Source: Cytophagales bacterium
Lineage (GTDB): Bacteria; Bacteroidota; Bacteroidia; Cytophagales; Flexibacteraceae
DNA: 64,000 nucleotides
Assembly: GCA_038205175.1 (NCBI GenBank)
Contig: JBBRCC010000007.1
Span: 3,810 to 67,809 of the forward strand
Reading direction: 5' to 3'
Shown: positions 1-9,048 of the stretch, piece by piece
Numbering within the stretch: position 1 is the stretch's first letter
Layout of the letters: each line of letters starts with the position of its first letter
The notes under the pieces: model-generated
Databases searched by the model: none
Told to the model about the DNA's origin: nothing
The model's input: only the letters and a program-made list of their open reading frames with translations
Made by a program: the position numbers and the translations under genes

Positions 1-57
1 AGGGTTAATTTTACCATGTGATATATTTCGCTAAGCGGCCACAAATATCCAATTTAG

Positions 58-801
58 ATGGAACACCTCAAAGAACTGATATATAAGATAGCCGACGATC
101 AGCTGATAGTTGGGCATCGAAATGCCGAATGGACGGGCATAGGTCCCTTGCTTGAAGAAGATATTGCTTTCGCTTCCATGGCTCAAGATAAGGTTGGGCA
201 AAGCCATCAATTGTTTACCCTGCTGCATCAGTTGGGCGAAAGTGAGCCCGACACCTTGGCTTTTATGCGCAATGCCAATCAGTTTCACTGTTGCCATTTA
301 GTGGAGTTGCCCATAGGCGAATATGATTTTAGTTTAATTCGACATTTTTTATTCGATTACGCCGAAGCGGTGCGTTTCAAATACTTAAAAAGCAGTAGCT
401 ATAAACCACTGGCGCAATTGGCCACCAAACTCGAAGGCGAAATCAGATACCATATTATTCATGCCAATGCATGGATAAAAAAGCTGGGAAATAGCAATGC
501 TTTAGAGCGCATGCAACACGCACTTGATTTTTCCTTTCCGTTTGCCCTTGGTATTTTCGAACCCTCCCCTTTTGAGCAACAATTGCTAGACGAAAAGATA
601 GCCGTAGCAGAATCAACCCTCCGTGATGAATGGATAAAAGATATTGCTGGATTATTGGCTAAAACTCAACTTGAACTTCCCGAAATCATGCTTTCTACCC
701 CTCAGTTTGGTGGAAGGGTTGGTGTTCATACAGCTCATCTTCAACCACTTCTCGACGAAATGTCGGAAGTATTTCGGGTAGACCCCGCAGCCGAATGGTA
801 A
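58..801 (+). CDS. paaC: 1,2-phenylacetyl-CoA epoxidase subunit C (PaaC/PaaI, ferritin-like)
   Basis: 247-aa ATG ORF. Collinear with remembered E. coli PaaC (DTLAF-R, E-x-RYH, GG-x-G-x-HT-x-HL-x-P-x-L-x-EM, terminal W). Overlaps the paaD start by 7 nt (ATGGTAA). Confidence 0.8.
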   Translation: MEHLKELIYKIADDQLIVGHRNAEWTGIGPLLEEDIAFASMAQDKVGQSHQLFTLLHQLGESEPDTLAFMRNANQFHCCHLVELPIGEYDFSLIRHFLFDYAEAVRFKYLKSSSYKPLAQLATKLEGEIRYHIIHANAWIKKLGNSNALERMQHALDFSFPFALGIFEPSPFEQQLLDEKIAVAESTLRDEWIKDIAGLLAKTQLELPEIMLSTPQFGGRVGVHTAHLQPLLDEMSEVFRVDPAAEW

Positions 802-1298
802 AAATTGACGATTCAAAGACGCCCGAAGTGCAAAGAATTTGGGAAGCGCTCGAGGATGTTAAAGATCCTGAAATACCGGTGCTCTCGCTGGTCGATTTAG
901 GCGTTATCACAAAAGTCACTGTAGACGGAAACCAGGCCTCAGTGAACATGACACCCACATTTTCTGGCTGCCCAGCCATGGATACCATGAAACAAATGGT
1001 GTACGACCGTCTAACAGATCTTGGATTTGAAAAACCTGAGGTAAATATCACCTTCGACAGACCCTGGCATAGCAATTTGATCTCAGAAAAAGGGAAAGTT
1101 GCCTTAAAAAAGTTTGGATTGGCACCACCACCAATCACACATGGTTTGGTAGACCTCGATATTTTAGAGCATGTGGTTTGTCCGTTTTGTGGTAGTGATA
1201 ATACAGAAATGAAAAGTCCGTTTGGGCCAACTCTCTGCCGTTCCTTACACTATTGCGACAACTGCAAACAAGCTTTTGAGCAGTTTAAACCCTTGTAA
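795..1298 (+). CDS. paaD: 1,2-phenylacetyl-CoA epoxidase subunit D (PaaD/PaaJ)
   Basis: 167-aa ORF. Has the DPEIPVLSLVDLGVI motif typical of the PaaD/SUF-like domain and a C-terminal CPFCGS...CDNC cysteine cluster. Translationally coupled to paaC. Confidence 0.8.
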   Translation: MVKIDDSKTPEVQRIWEALEDVKDPEIPVLSLVDLGVITKVTVDGNQASVNMTPTFSGCPAMDTMKQMVYDRLTDLGFEKPEVNITFDRPWHSNLISEKGKVALKKFGLAPPPITHGLVDLDILEHVVCPFCGSDNTEMKSPFGPTLCRSLHYCDNCKQAFEQFKPL

Positions 1299-1400
1299 TC
1301 AAATTGCGGCTTTCCTATATCCATGTGATTAAATCACCCAAATCAACTGCGTTTGTTTAATTGATAATGTACTTATTTGCGCACTCGCTTCACCACAAAT

Positions 1401-3569
1401 ATGAAATTTCTTCGCTTTGCCTTTTTTGCTCCCCTGTTTTTATTTGTCTGTAGACTTGCTGCCCAACAGCCAATGGATGTGATTATAAATGAGATTTATA
1501 ATGATGCAAGTCAGAACCTTGAATGGACTGAAATATTGGTTGTAAAAGACGGCATCAGCTTAATTGGAGTTAGTTTTGGTGACAACAACGGATCTACGAA
1601 CAGTTGGCAAACTAAAATCAGGTTTAAAAACAATCTTCTTTGGCAAAGATTAAGGGCTGGAACGTATATCGTTATAAACCACGCCAGCTCAACTGCAACC
1701 TGTAATTCTCAACCTGAAGATACAGACAGATCTGACGGTTTTATTCGGGTGTGTTCTAAGAATACAACCTATTTTAGCGGTGGATCTTCCTCCACACTCA
1801 GCATAGCCGGTAGCGGCGATTTTTTGCACCTTGTTGATCGAACCGGGGAACATCTACATGGTTTAGGTTTCGATGAAAATCCAGGAGGCAGCGTAGAAGG
1901 AGGAACTTGCCAGAATGTAAGCCTAAGCTGGAGGGACACTACGACAGATGTTTCAAATCTCAGACCATGTGATTTTTATAATTTTTATCGATTCAATTGC
2001 CCAACTTCGCAAAGCCTGGCCAATTTGTCTGGAAATTTCCCTGCTGACTACAACTCAAAAATGAATGCCGATTCCATCAATCCAAGAATAGGTTTTTTGA
2101 TTTCTCCCACACCTGGCCAGGGAAATAGTTTTCAAAATCAAACTTTGATTGCCAGCTGGCGAGAACCGCAAATCGATTCTCAAGTTGTATGTGCCCGCAC
2201 CAACAATCAAGGAACAACTTTCTCTTGGCAGATGGCGCTTGACGTGAATCCTCTCGACAATACAACAGGCTATCTGGTGTTGAAAACTGTAGGGAGCGTG
2301 TTATTTCCTGATCCGGTTGATGGAAGATTATATGCCGTGGGCGATACCTTAAGAGCTGGTGGCGTAAAAGCAGTGGTGTTGGCTATCAAAAATAATTCGT
2401 TTGATACCTCACAGCTAGACCAAGCCAATACCGGAGGCGCTTTGCCAATTTATTACAGGGTGTATGCTTTTCGGTACACCAACACGCCGGGCATCAGTTC
2501 ATTCGACAGAGGACGGGCTTACAATACTTCTCGCTTTGTGCGCATTGCCCCTGGAAATCTCCTTCCGCCTACTGTTTCCCGCATCACCGATATTTGTGCT
2601 GCAGGCCCGGTTACATTAAGGGCATTGCCCAATGTAATTGGCACTGTCTATGAATGGAGGCCGCAAAGCCGAATTTCATTTCCAGTGCCCGGTATAAATG
2701 GCTTTGAGTATACATTTCCTGCGCTGCCTTCACAAGATTCTGTTTTTGTTAATTACCGTTCTTCTGCTTTGGGTTGTATATCGGGCGTCACCAAGTTCAT
2801 CATCGATCCTCCTCCTGTTTTCTCTGCTTCAACACTTAGTGCACCAAGCCTTATTTGCCCGGGCGATACCTTCGAAATATCTGTGAATGGGCCTCGGACT
2901 TCTGTCTATTTATGGGAAATTCCAGCTGTTTTTTCGACACTTAATCCTGTAGTCGACACCACCACACGCATTAGGCTTGTTGCTCGAAGTAGCACAACAG
3001 ATAGTACAAGGTTTGCTGTTCGGCAGCAAACAGGCCAATGTCTAGGAATCCGCATTACTTCCAATTTTCTGCTCAGACAAAAGCCTGCCATCTCCATTAC
3101 AGGGAATACTTTGCTAAAATATGGCGATGGAACCACGCTTGTTATAACTACAGATGGCTTGGCTTCCTGGCTTAATGCTAATGGTAGTTTGCTGGCCAAT
3201 TCAAACACATTGCTGTTGAATGCACTTGGCGAAACAACAACCTTTATAGGCAAAACTGAAATTGTGGGGTCTACAGGTTGTGTTAATACATTGTCACAAA
3301 CTGTTACTGTGCTTCCCCGACCAGATATTTTAATTCCAAACGTGATAACCCCAGGGTTAAAAGATGGGAAAAATGATGTGTTCATTGTGAAAGGAGCCAC
3401 TTTCAAAAATCTGTTAATTTTTAACCGTTGGGGCAAAAAGGTTTTTGAAGCCGACACATATCAAAACGATTGGGCAGGCGAAGAGGAGGGAACCTATTTT
3501 TATGAGGCCTTACTCGACGATGGTTTTGTTGCCGAAAAGCAAAAAGGAATTATTCAGGTTTTGAGGTAA
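1401..3569 (+). CDS. Secreted protein: N-terminal lamin-tail-like (LTD) domain, Ig-like middle, T9SS type-B (gliding-type, CHU_C) C-terminal sorting domain
   Basis: Signal peptide MKFLRFAFFAPLFLFVCRLAAQ begins at ATG 1401; the track start at 1377 is TTG. LTD-like INEIYNDAS..LEWTEILVV. C-terminus IPNVITPG..GKNDVFIV...IFNRWGKKVFE...GTYFYEA matches the type-B CTD pattern. Confidence 0.7.
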   Translation: MKFLRFAFFAPLFLFVCRLAAQQPMDVIINEIYNDASQNLEWTEILVVKDGISLIGVSFGDNNGSTNSWQTKIRFKNNLLWQRLRAGTYIVINHASSTATCNSQPEDTDRSDGFIRVCSKNTTYFSGGSSSTLSIAGSGDFLHLVDRTGEHLHGLGFDENPGGSVEGGTCQNVSLSWRDTTTDVSNLRPCDFYNFYRFNCPTSQSLANLSGNFPADYNSKMNADSINPRIGFLISPTPGQGNSFQNQTLIASWREPQIDSQVVCARTNNQGTTFSWQMALDVNPLDNTTGYLVLKTVGSVLFPDPVDGRLYAVGDTLRAGGVKAVVLAIKNNSFDTSQLDQANTGGALPIYYRVYAFRYTNTPGISSFDRGRAYNTSRFVRIAPGNLLPPTVSRITDICAAGPVTLRALPNVIGTVYEWRPQSRISFPVPGINGFEYTFPALPSQDSVFVNYRSSALGCISGVTKFIIDPPPVFSASTLSAPSLICPGDTFEISVNGPRTSVYLWEIPAVFSTLNPVVDTTTRIRLVARSSTTDSTRFAVRQQTGQCLGIRITSNFLLRQKPAISITGNTLLKYGDGTTLVITTDGLASWLNANGSLLANSNTLLLNALGETTTFIGKTEIVGSTGCVNTLSQTVTVLPRPDILIPNVITPGLKDGKNDVFIVKGATFKNLLIFNRWGKKVFEADTYQNDWAGEEEGTYFYEALLDDGFVAEKQKGIIQVLR

Positions 3570-3615
3570 ACGGGCTAAAGCGATTGATGCTTCATTTTGG
3601 TATAACCTTGCAGAT

Positions 3616-5505
3616 TTATTCTGATAGTTCCATCCATCTGAACATTTTTTCGTCCAACTCAGCTTCTATTTGTTGAAGGTCGTTGGCCATATTAGCCAAG
3701 TCTACGTGACCAAGCGTACCTGTGCTCATACTCTCAACAAGTTCCTGTTTTCTGCTTTCCAGCGTTTCCAATCGCATTTCTACCACTTCCAGCTCCTTTT
3801 GTTCTTTGAAGCTGAGTTTTTTCTTTTCTTTAGATGGGGCATTATTTTCTGTTTGTTTGGCTGGAGCAGATTTAACGTTTGCATTTGCTTTTTCCAGTTC
3901 CTTTTGTTCGTCTTTCCACAGTTTGTAATCGGTGTAGTTGCCCGGAAAATCCCGAATTTCTCCATTGCCTTCAAATACAAACACATGTTCGACCAGCTTA
4001 TCCATAAAATATCTGTCGTGGCTCACCAAAAGCAAACTGCCTTTGAATGATTCTAAAAACTCTTCCAACACATTGAGAGTTCCTAGATCCAAGTCGTTGG
4101 TGGGTTCGTCAAGTATCAGGAAATTGGGGTTTTTGATCAGGATTTTTAGCAATTGAAGCCGTTTCCTTTCACCGCCACTTAGTTTGTTTACTTGCTTGTA
4201 TTGTTCGGCAGGAGGAAAGTTGAAACGGGTTAGAAATTGACTTGGCGAAATTTTGCTTCCATCTGCCATTTCAAAGGTTTCTGCTATTTCATTCACCACG
4301 TCAATGATTCGCATTTCACCTTCATTGTTTTGTAAAAAATCTTCCTGTTTGTAGTAGCCAACAACGCAGTTATCTCCTCTTGCCACTTCGCCTTTGTCCG
4401 GCATCAGTTCGCCTGCCAGCATTTTCAGCAGGGTGGTCTTGCCAATGCCATTCGGACCAATGATGCCTGCTTTTTCTCCCTTCTGAAAATAGTGGTGAAA
4501 ATCTTTCACCAGACATTCATCGCCAAGAGATTTGCCAACCCTTCGGGCTTCCACAATCTTGCCTCCTTGAAAGCGGTCTTTAACGCTAAGTTTAATTTGC
4601 TCCTGAATTTTGGGGCCAATTGTTTTGCCTTTCAAATCCTCAAAAGCATCTACACGGTATTTGGCTTTTGTTCCTCTTGCTTTTGGTTGTCGCCTTATCC
4701 ATTCCAGTTCTTTTCTGAAAAGGTTCCTTGCTTTTTCTGCTACTACTTGCTCTACTTCCTGCCGCTCAGCTTTCTTTTCTAAAAACCAGGCATAGTTTCC
4801 TTGGTATTTATGCAAACGACCTTGGTCTAATTCAACAATCTGATTTACCACAGCGTCGAGAAAATATCGGTCGTGGGTAACCAACAACAGCGTAGAGAAC
4901 TTCGTTGAAATTAAGCGCTGCAACCATTCAACAGTGTCGATATCAAGGTGGTTAGTAGGTTCATCGAGAATGAGTAAGTCTGGTTCTTCTGCCAGAATTT
5001 TGGCCAGGGCTACTCGCTTTCGTTGTCCGCCAGAAAGTTGGTTCACTTGCCTGTCCAAAAACTCCCCGATGCCCAGTCGTGAAATGATTTCTTTCACCTG
5101 TTGTTCATAAGTCCAGGCATCTTGCCGGGTCATTTCGGCGGTTAGTTCATCCAGTTCCAGTAGATATGCGTTGGAAGTATTTGGGTGATTGATGAGCAAT
5201 TCATACTTTTTAATGAGGGAAGTGAGCTTGTGCCCATTGTCGAATACATTTTCGAAAACTGTGGCCTGCTCATTTAATGGTGGATTTTGACCTAAAAAAC
5301 CTACCCGAACTCCTTTTCTTATCGAAACCAATCCTTTGTCGGAAAGCAGATTCCCACCCAGAATGTTGAGTAGCGTTGTTTTGCCTGCACCATTCACACC
5401 GATCAGGCCTACACGGTCGCCAACATTTAGCCCAAAATTGATGCCTTCAAATAGGTTACGGTCTCCAATAGCTTTGGAAATATTTTCTGCAGAAAGTAGG
5501 TTCAT
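3616..5505 (-). CDS. ABC-F family ATPase (two ABC domains, C-terminal coiled coil)
   Basis: Two Walker A motifs (GVNGAGKTT, GPNGIGKTT) and two signature motifs (LSGGQRKR, LSGGERKR). No transmembrane domain. Lys/Glu-rich C-terminal tail. Confidence 0.85.
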   Translation of the reverse strand: MNLLSAENISKAIGDRNLFEGINFGLNVGDRVGLIGVNGAGKTTLLNILGGNLLSDKGLVSIRKGVRVGFLGQNPPLNEQATVFENVFDNGHKLTSLIKKYELLINHPNTSNAYLLELDELTAEMTRQDAWTYEQQVKEIISRLGIGEFLDRQVNQLSGGQRKRVALAKILAEEPDLLILDEPTNHLDIDTVEWLQRLISTKFSTLLLVTHDRYFLDAVVNQIVELDQGRLHKYQGNYAWFLEKKAERQEVEQVVAEKARNLFRKELEWIRRQPKARGTKAKYRVDAFEDLKGKTIGPKIQEQIKLSVKDRFQGGKIVEARRVGKSLGDECLVKDFHHYFQKGEKAGIIGPNGIGKTTLLKMLAGELMPDKGEVARGDNCVVGYYKQEDFLQNNEGEMRIIDVVNEIAETFEMADGSKISPSQFLTRFNFPPAEQYKQVNKLSGGERKRLQLLKILIKNPNFLILDEPTNDLDLGTLNVLEEFLESFKGSLLLVSHDRYFMDKLVEHVFVFEGNGEIRDFPGNYTDYKLWKDEQKELEKANANVKSAPAKQTENNAPSKEKKKLSFKEQKELEVVEMRLETLESRKQELVESMSTGTLGHVDLANMANDLQQIEAELDEKMFRWMELSE

Positions 5506-6728
5506 GCCTGAGGCGAAATAGGTGGAATTTGTGGGCTGGGTTCAGCGGTTGAAACAATGGAATCGGTTGGTTTTTTATACGACATCAAACCGAGGGTCAT
5601 CATAATTGCCATCACTACAATAACCTGAATCACCAACGAATTATTCACAATTTCAATGTTATTCGTTGGTTCTATGGATAGAAAAAGTAAAATGGTAATT
5701 AGTCCACGAGGAGCCAATGTTAACATAGGAATCATGGGAATACGCATGATCCACAATTGAATAGTGCGCAAAAACAAGATAAAAGCCACAATACCAAGGG
5801 TCCAGATCATGGTTTTGATGTTGAGCAAATCCCGTATGTTTAATAAAAACCCGAATAAGAGAAAGAAAAGGGAACGAATGAGAAATGAACCTTCGGCAAG
5901 TATTTCTTTTAATCTTTTGACCTCTTTTTCGAGAGAGGCAGGGTTGAGCCAATGCATGAATCGCAAGTGAGCCATTTCGTCGAGGTTGCCAAGAAACAAG
6001 CCAAGTATCATCACAAAAACTAAAGAAGGCAGATGAAATTCTTTGGCAACAGCGTAAATGAGGATGACCAGCATGAGAATAGGCATGAACTTCACATGTT
6101 TTTCAATGCGGCCAATGAGCAGCGAAAGCACAACAGTTGCTACAAAAGATATAGCAATCATCAAGGTGATGTCCATGGTAAATTCAAAGGTGGCTTCACC
6201 ATCAATTACTTTGTTTATCGTAAAAAAGTTGAAAATAATCACACCGAAAATATCGCTTAAGCTCGATTCGTAGGTCACAAATTCCAAATCTTTTTTGGGC
6301 AAGTTGCTTGCACTTGGAATGGCGATGGCACTGCTGATAACGCCTAAAGGAATGGCGTTGATAAGCGAAACCTGAAAGCTGTAGTTGAAGTAATAAGTGA
6401 TAAATCCAGCAAAACCGAAAATAAAACCCAGTAATGGAAGTAAGGCCCCAAGTGATGATTTGATAAGCATGGGGAGCTTTTTTCGGTTCAATTCCAATTC
6501 AAGTGAACCTTCTAGCACAATGAGTATTAGTCCTATGGTGCCAAGAATAGGAAGCAGTGGCTCAAGGTTTGCAATGCGGTATCCAAGATTCCCGGATGCG
6601 TAATGAATTCCCCACCCAACTACAAGTAAAAGTATCACTGAAGGTACTTTTGTCCAAGCCGAAGTGATATCAAAAAAATAGGCCAGTAACACCAAAGCTG
6701 TTATGGTAATAATAATAGTGGTGGCCAT
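5502..6728 (-). CDS. Cation:proton antiporter (Na+/H+ exchanger family) membrane protein
   Basis: 408-aa polytopic hydrophobic ORF with about 11-12 predicted helices and CPA-type organisation. Its TGA stop overlaps the ABC-F ATG (ATGA). Confidence 0.65.
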   Translation of the reverse strand: MATTIIITITALVLLAYFFDITSAWTKVPSVILLLVVGWGIHYASGNLGYRIANLEPLLPILGTIGLILIVLEGSLELELNRKKLPMLIKSSLGALLPLLGFIFGFAGFITYYFNYSFQVSLINAIPLGVISSAIAIPSASNLPKKDLEFVTYESSLSDIFGVIIFNFFTINKVIDGEATFEFTMDITLMIAISFVATVVLSLLIGRIEKHVKFMPILMLVILIYAVAKEFHLPSLVFVMILGLFLGNLDEMAHLRFMHWLNPASLEKEVKRLKEILAEGSFLIRSLFFLLFGFLLNIRDLLNIKTMIWTLGIVAFILFLRTIQLWIMRIPMIPMLTLAPRGLITILLFLSIEPTNNIEIVNNSLVIQVIVVMAIMMTLGLMSYKKPTDSIVSTAEPSPQIPPISPQA

Positions 6729-6796
6729 CCTATTTTTTAGATTTGTTCAAAATAACAACAGTAAAACGGGTTTACAAAACGCATGACTCCGGTCAA

Positions 6797-6828
6797 CAAA
6801 AAAGTCCTGCCGTTCAGCAGGACTTTTA
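6797..6828 (-). terminator. Rho-independent terminator downstream of the M43 protease gene (bidirectional form)
   Basis: 8-bp stem AGTCCTGC/GCAGGACT with a 6-nt loop, flanked by an A-run and a T-run. Lies 22 nt past the protease stop. Confidence 0.5.
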
Positions 6829-6849
6829 AATTAGGAATTCAATTTCTTT

Positions 6850-8988
6850 TTATCGAACAATCTGAAGTTTATGAGTAGATAGACCAGCCTCTGTTTCAAC
6901 CTTAACAATGTAAAGCCCAATTGGTACTTTTTCTTTCATTAAGTCGATTTTTACAGAAGTTGAACCAGCTAAATTGGCGGAATTTGTGAACAAAATTTTG
7001 CCGTTTAAATCGGTGATAGTTGCTTTTTTGATCGCATATCCGGCATTAATTTCTACAGAATTTAAAGCGGGATTTGGAAACACATTTACTGTTCTGTCTT
7101 TTGCGATTCCACCAGTCAGCTCAGTTGGCGATACAATTTTAAAATCGTCGATGTAAACATCATTTCCTCCACGGCATTCAAATTCAAATCGGAATTGAAG
7201 GTTTGTTCTGTTGCCTGCACTTGCTATGGATGTGATGTCTACAATTTCTTCTCTCCAATGAGAGACTTCCGGCAAAAACAAACCTGTTAAGAAAGTTCCT
7301 GCCGGTACCGTGTTCAGCAAACGACTCGCATCATTCGCCACTCTGACGTAAATAGGAGCGAGTTGCCATGATCTTCCACAGTTTGCAGAAAAGTATAGCC
7401 TAAGTACATCATTATTCCCTGCAGATTTAGGAGCATAAGCTACTTTGAAAGACAAGCGAAGATTTCGGTCAGTTCTGTCGAGATAGTAAATTGGGCTGAT
7501 GAGATCTGATTTTTTACCTGGAGTAGTTACAATGGAATTGCGCATGTACATGGAATAGAATCCTGAAACAGAAGCTCCATCATAGCGCTGCCATCCAGGG
7601 GCCGCCCCATTATCGTTTAAAGACCAATTTTTTTCAAAATTCGTTGGGTGATTGAAAGCAGATTCGAACTCAAAATCCTGGTTTGAAACTACAGATTCAC
7701 CATTCGCAGGGTCGATTACAGTAACAGCATTATTGATCGCAGCAGAATCAGAGCCAGCCAAATTAGTAACTTTTAACTTTGCAGGGAAACGTCCGCTGTT
7801 GGCATAAACAACAGTTGGGTTTTCATTTGTGGAAGTTGATGGGGTGCCGCCTTCAAAAGTCCAAAGATATTGCGTGTTATTGTCAATTATTGTATTTGAA
7901 ATTGTACTTCGGAAATTGACGTTACCTCCCGCACAAGTTCTGTTTTGTAAGGCAGCGATGGCCACAGTCGGTACACATGGAGCTTGTGTTTCTATATTAG
8001 TTCCAGTAAGCAATAAATTGGCATTAGTGGAGAGATTTCTTCTTTGGGCAGTGTTGCTAGCCAATACTGCTCGCATTCTCAATTTTTGGCCTTCAGTAAA
8101 CATCCTGGCACAGTTGCTGTAATCCATGTAGTTTTGAACGTTGTCGAGCGAGCCGCAGGTAATTTGGTTTAGATTGCAACCACCGTTTGCTACGCCAATG
8201 GTATTGGGAGTGTCAGTTACAAAGTCGTCATCGTTGCAATTAGCTGGAACGCCAGGATTGTTGGTTCTACCCCAGGTGTGATATAAATTGGCCCAATGTC
8301 CTATTTCGTGCGTTAATGTTCTTGCTGAAAAATTTCCGCCGCCGCTTGCGCCAATGCTGCCAAACTGATCCGACCTGCAAACAATGCCATCTAATGCAAG
8401 GCCTACCGTACCGGGAATGTAAGCATAAGCTCCCGCACCGCTTTCAATGGTACGCACTACCCAAACATTCAGGTATCTGTTTGCAGGCCAGCGAACAAGG
8501 CTTTTCACGTTGTCGCCAGCATTGGTAGTAAGTTCTGAAGTTGTTCTGGTAATGCCATCGGTACAATTTCCAGTGGGGTCTTTGCCCGCTAAACGAAAAC
8601 GAACCCTCGAATTTCCAAAAATCGGCCTGAAGTTAGCTGTGATCATGTTAGTATCGCTGCTGAAGCGCCCAAAATCTTCATTGATTATTCTGATGGCATC
8701 AAGTACCTGTGCTCTGGAAACATTTGGTTGCCCAGCAGCATTTTGAATAATGTGAATTACAATTGGAATGGTGATAATGGTGTCATTCTTCGCCTGATTA
8801 TTGATGAAATTGGCGGTAAATTTTTCAAGCTCCTCAATGTTTTTCTGGTAGTCTGGATTGTTGAGTTTAGCACTTTCGTTAAAATGGTTGAATCCACATT
8901 GGCTGTGGAATGGGTGATTGTTTTGCGCAAAAGCAGGCAATGCAAGGCCTGCCAGGGCAACAAGTGTTAAGAAAAAGTTGCTTTTCAT
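6850..8988 (-). CDS. Secreted M43-type (pappalysin/cytophagalysin-like) zinc metalloprotease with PKD domain, MAM-like jelly-roll and T9SS type-A CTD
   Basis: Signal peptide MKSNFFLTLVALAGLALPAFAQ. Metzincin-like HEIGHWANLYH. PKD motif YLWTFEGGTPS..NP. A GNDVYIDDFKIV jelly-roll end. CTD VFPNPALNSVEI...GLYIVKV...LQIVR. ATG 8988 is preferred over TTG 9012 because a -7 box lies at 9010-9017. Confidence 0.75.
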   Translation of the reverse strand: MKSNFFLTLVALAGLALPAFAQNNHPFHSQCGFNHFNESAKLNNPDYQKNIEELEKFTANFINNQAKNDTIITIPIVIHIIQNAAGQPNVSRAQVLDAIRIINEDFGRFSSDTNMITANFRPIFGNSRVRFRLAGKDPTGNCTDGITRTTSELTTNAGDNVKSLVRWPANRYLNVWVVRTIESGAGAYAYIPGTVGLALDGIVCRSDQFGSIGASGGGNFSARTLTHEIGHWANLYHTWGRTNNPGVPANCNDDDFVTDTPNTIGVANGGCNLNQITCGSLDNVQNYMDYSNCARMFTEGQKLRMRAVLASNTAQRRNLSTNANLLLTGTNIETQAPCVPTVAIAALQNRTCAGGNVNFRSTISNTIIDNNTQYLWTFEGGTPSTSTNENPTVVYANSGRFPAKLKVTNLAGSDSAAINNAVTVIDPANGESVVSNQDFEFESAFNHPTNFEKNWSLNDNGAAPGWQRYDGASVSGFYSMYMRNSIVTTPGKKSDLISPIYYLDRTDRNLRLSFKVAYAPKSAGNNDVLRLYFSANCGRSWQLAPIYVRVANDASRLLNTVPAGTFLTGLFLPEVSHWREEIVDITSIASAGNRTNLQFRFEFECRGGNDVYIDDFKIVSPTELTGGIAKDRTVNVFPNPALNSVEINAGYAIKKATITDLNGKILFTNSANLAGSTSVKIDLMKEKVPIGLYIVKVETEAGLSTHKLQIVR

Positions 8989-9009
8989 ATTGAATCTGGT
9001 GAGTGGGTA

Positions 9010-9017
9010 CAAATTTA
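9010..9017 (-). promoter_or_regulatory. Candidate Bacteroidota -7 box (TAAATTTG) for the protease gene
   Basis: Matches TAnnTTTG on the minus strand, 21 nt upstream of ATG 8988. Confidence 0.3.
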
Positions 9018-9033
9018 CAAAATTTTGTAAATT
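9012..9033. promoter_or_regulatory. 22-bp perfect palindrome AATTTACAAAATTTTGTAAATT
   Basis: Exact reverse-complement symmetry read directly from the sequence. Sits between the mazG stop (9049) and the protease start (8988) and overlaps the -7 box. Confidence 0.5.
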
Positions 9034-9048
9034 ATTTCAAGCCCCAAA

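Noticed and set aside
1-57. Possible 3' end of an upstream paa gene (paaB) before paaC.
   Set aside because: Only about 11 codons are open in any frame before a stop (for example a frame ending at TAA 32-34). That is too short to support a call.
3670-4795. Cluster of 60-126-aa + strand ORFs (3670..4050, 3722..3928, 3938..4156, 4492..4782, 4610..4795).
   Set aside because: They are antisense to the Lys/Glu-rich ABC-F gene and give Phe/Leu/Ser-rich low-complexity translations. They are artefacts.
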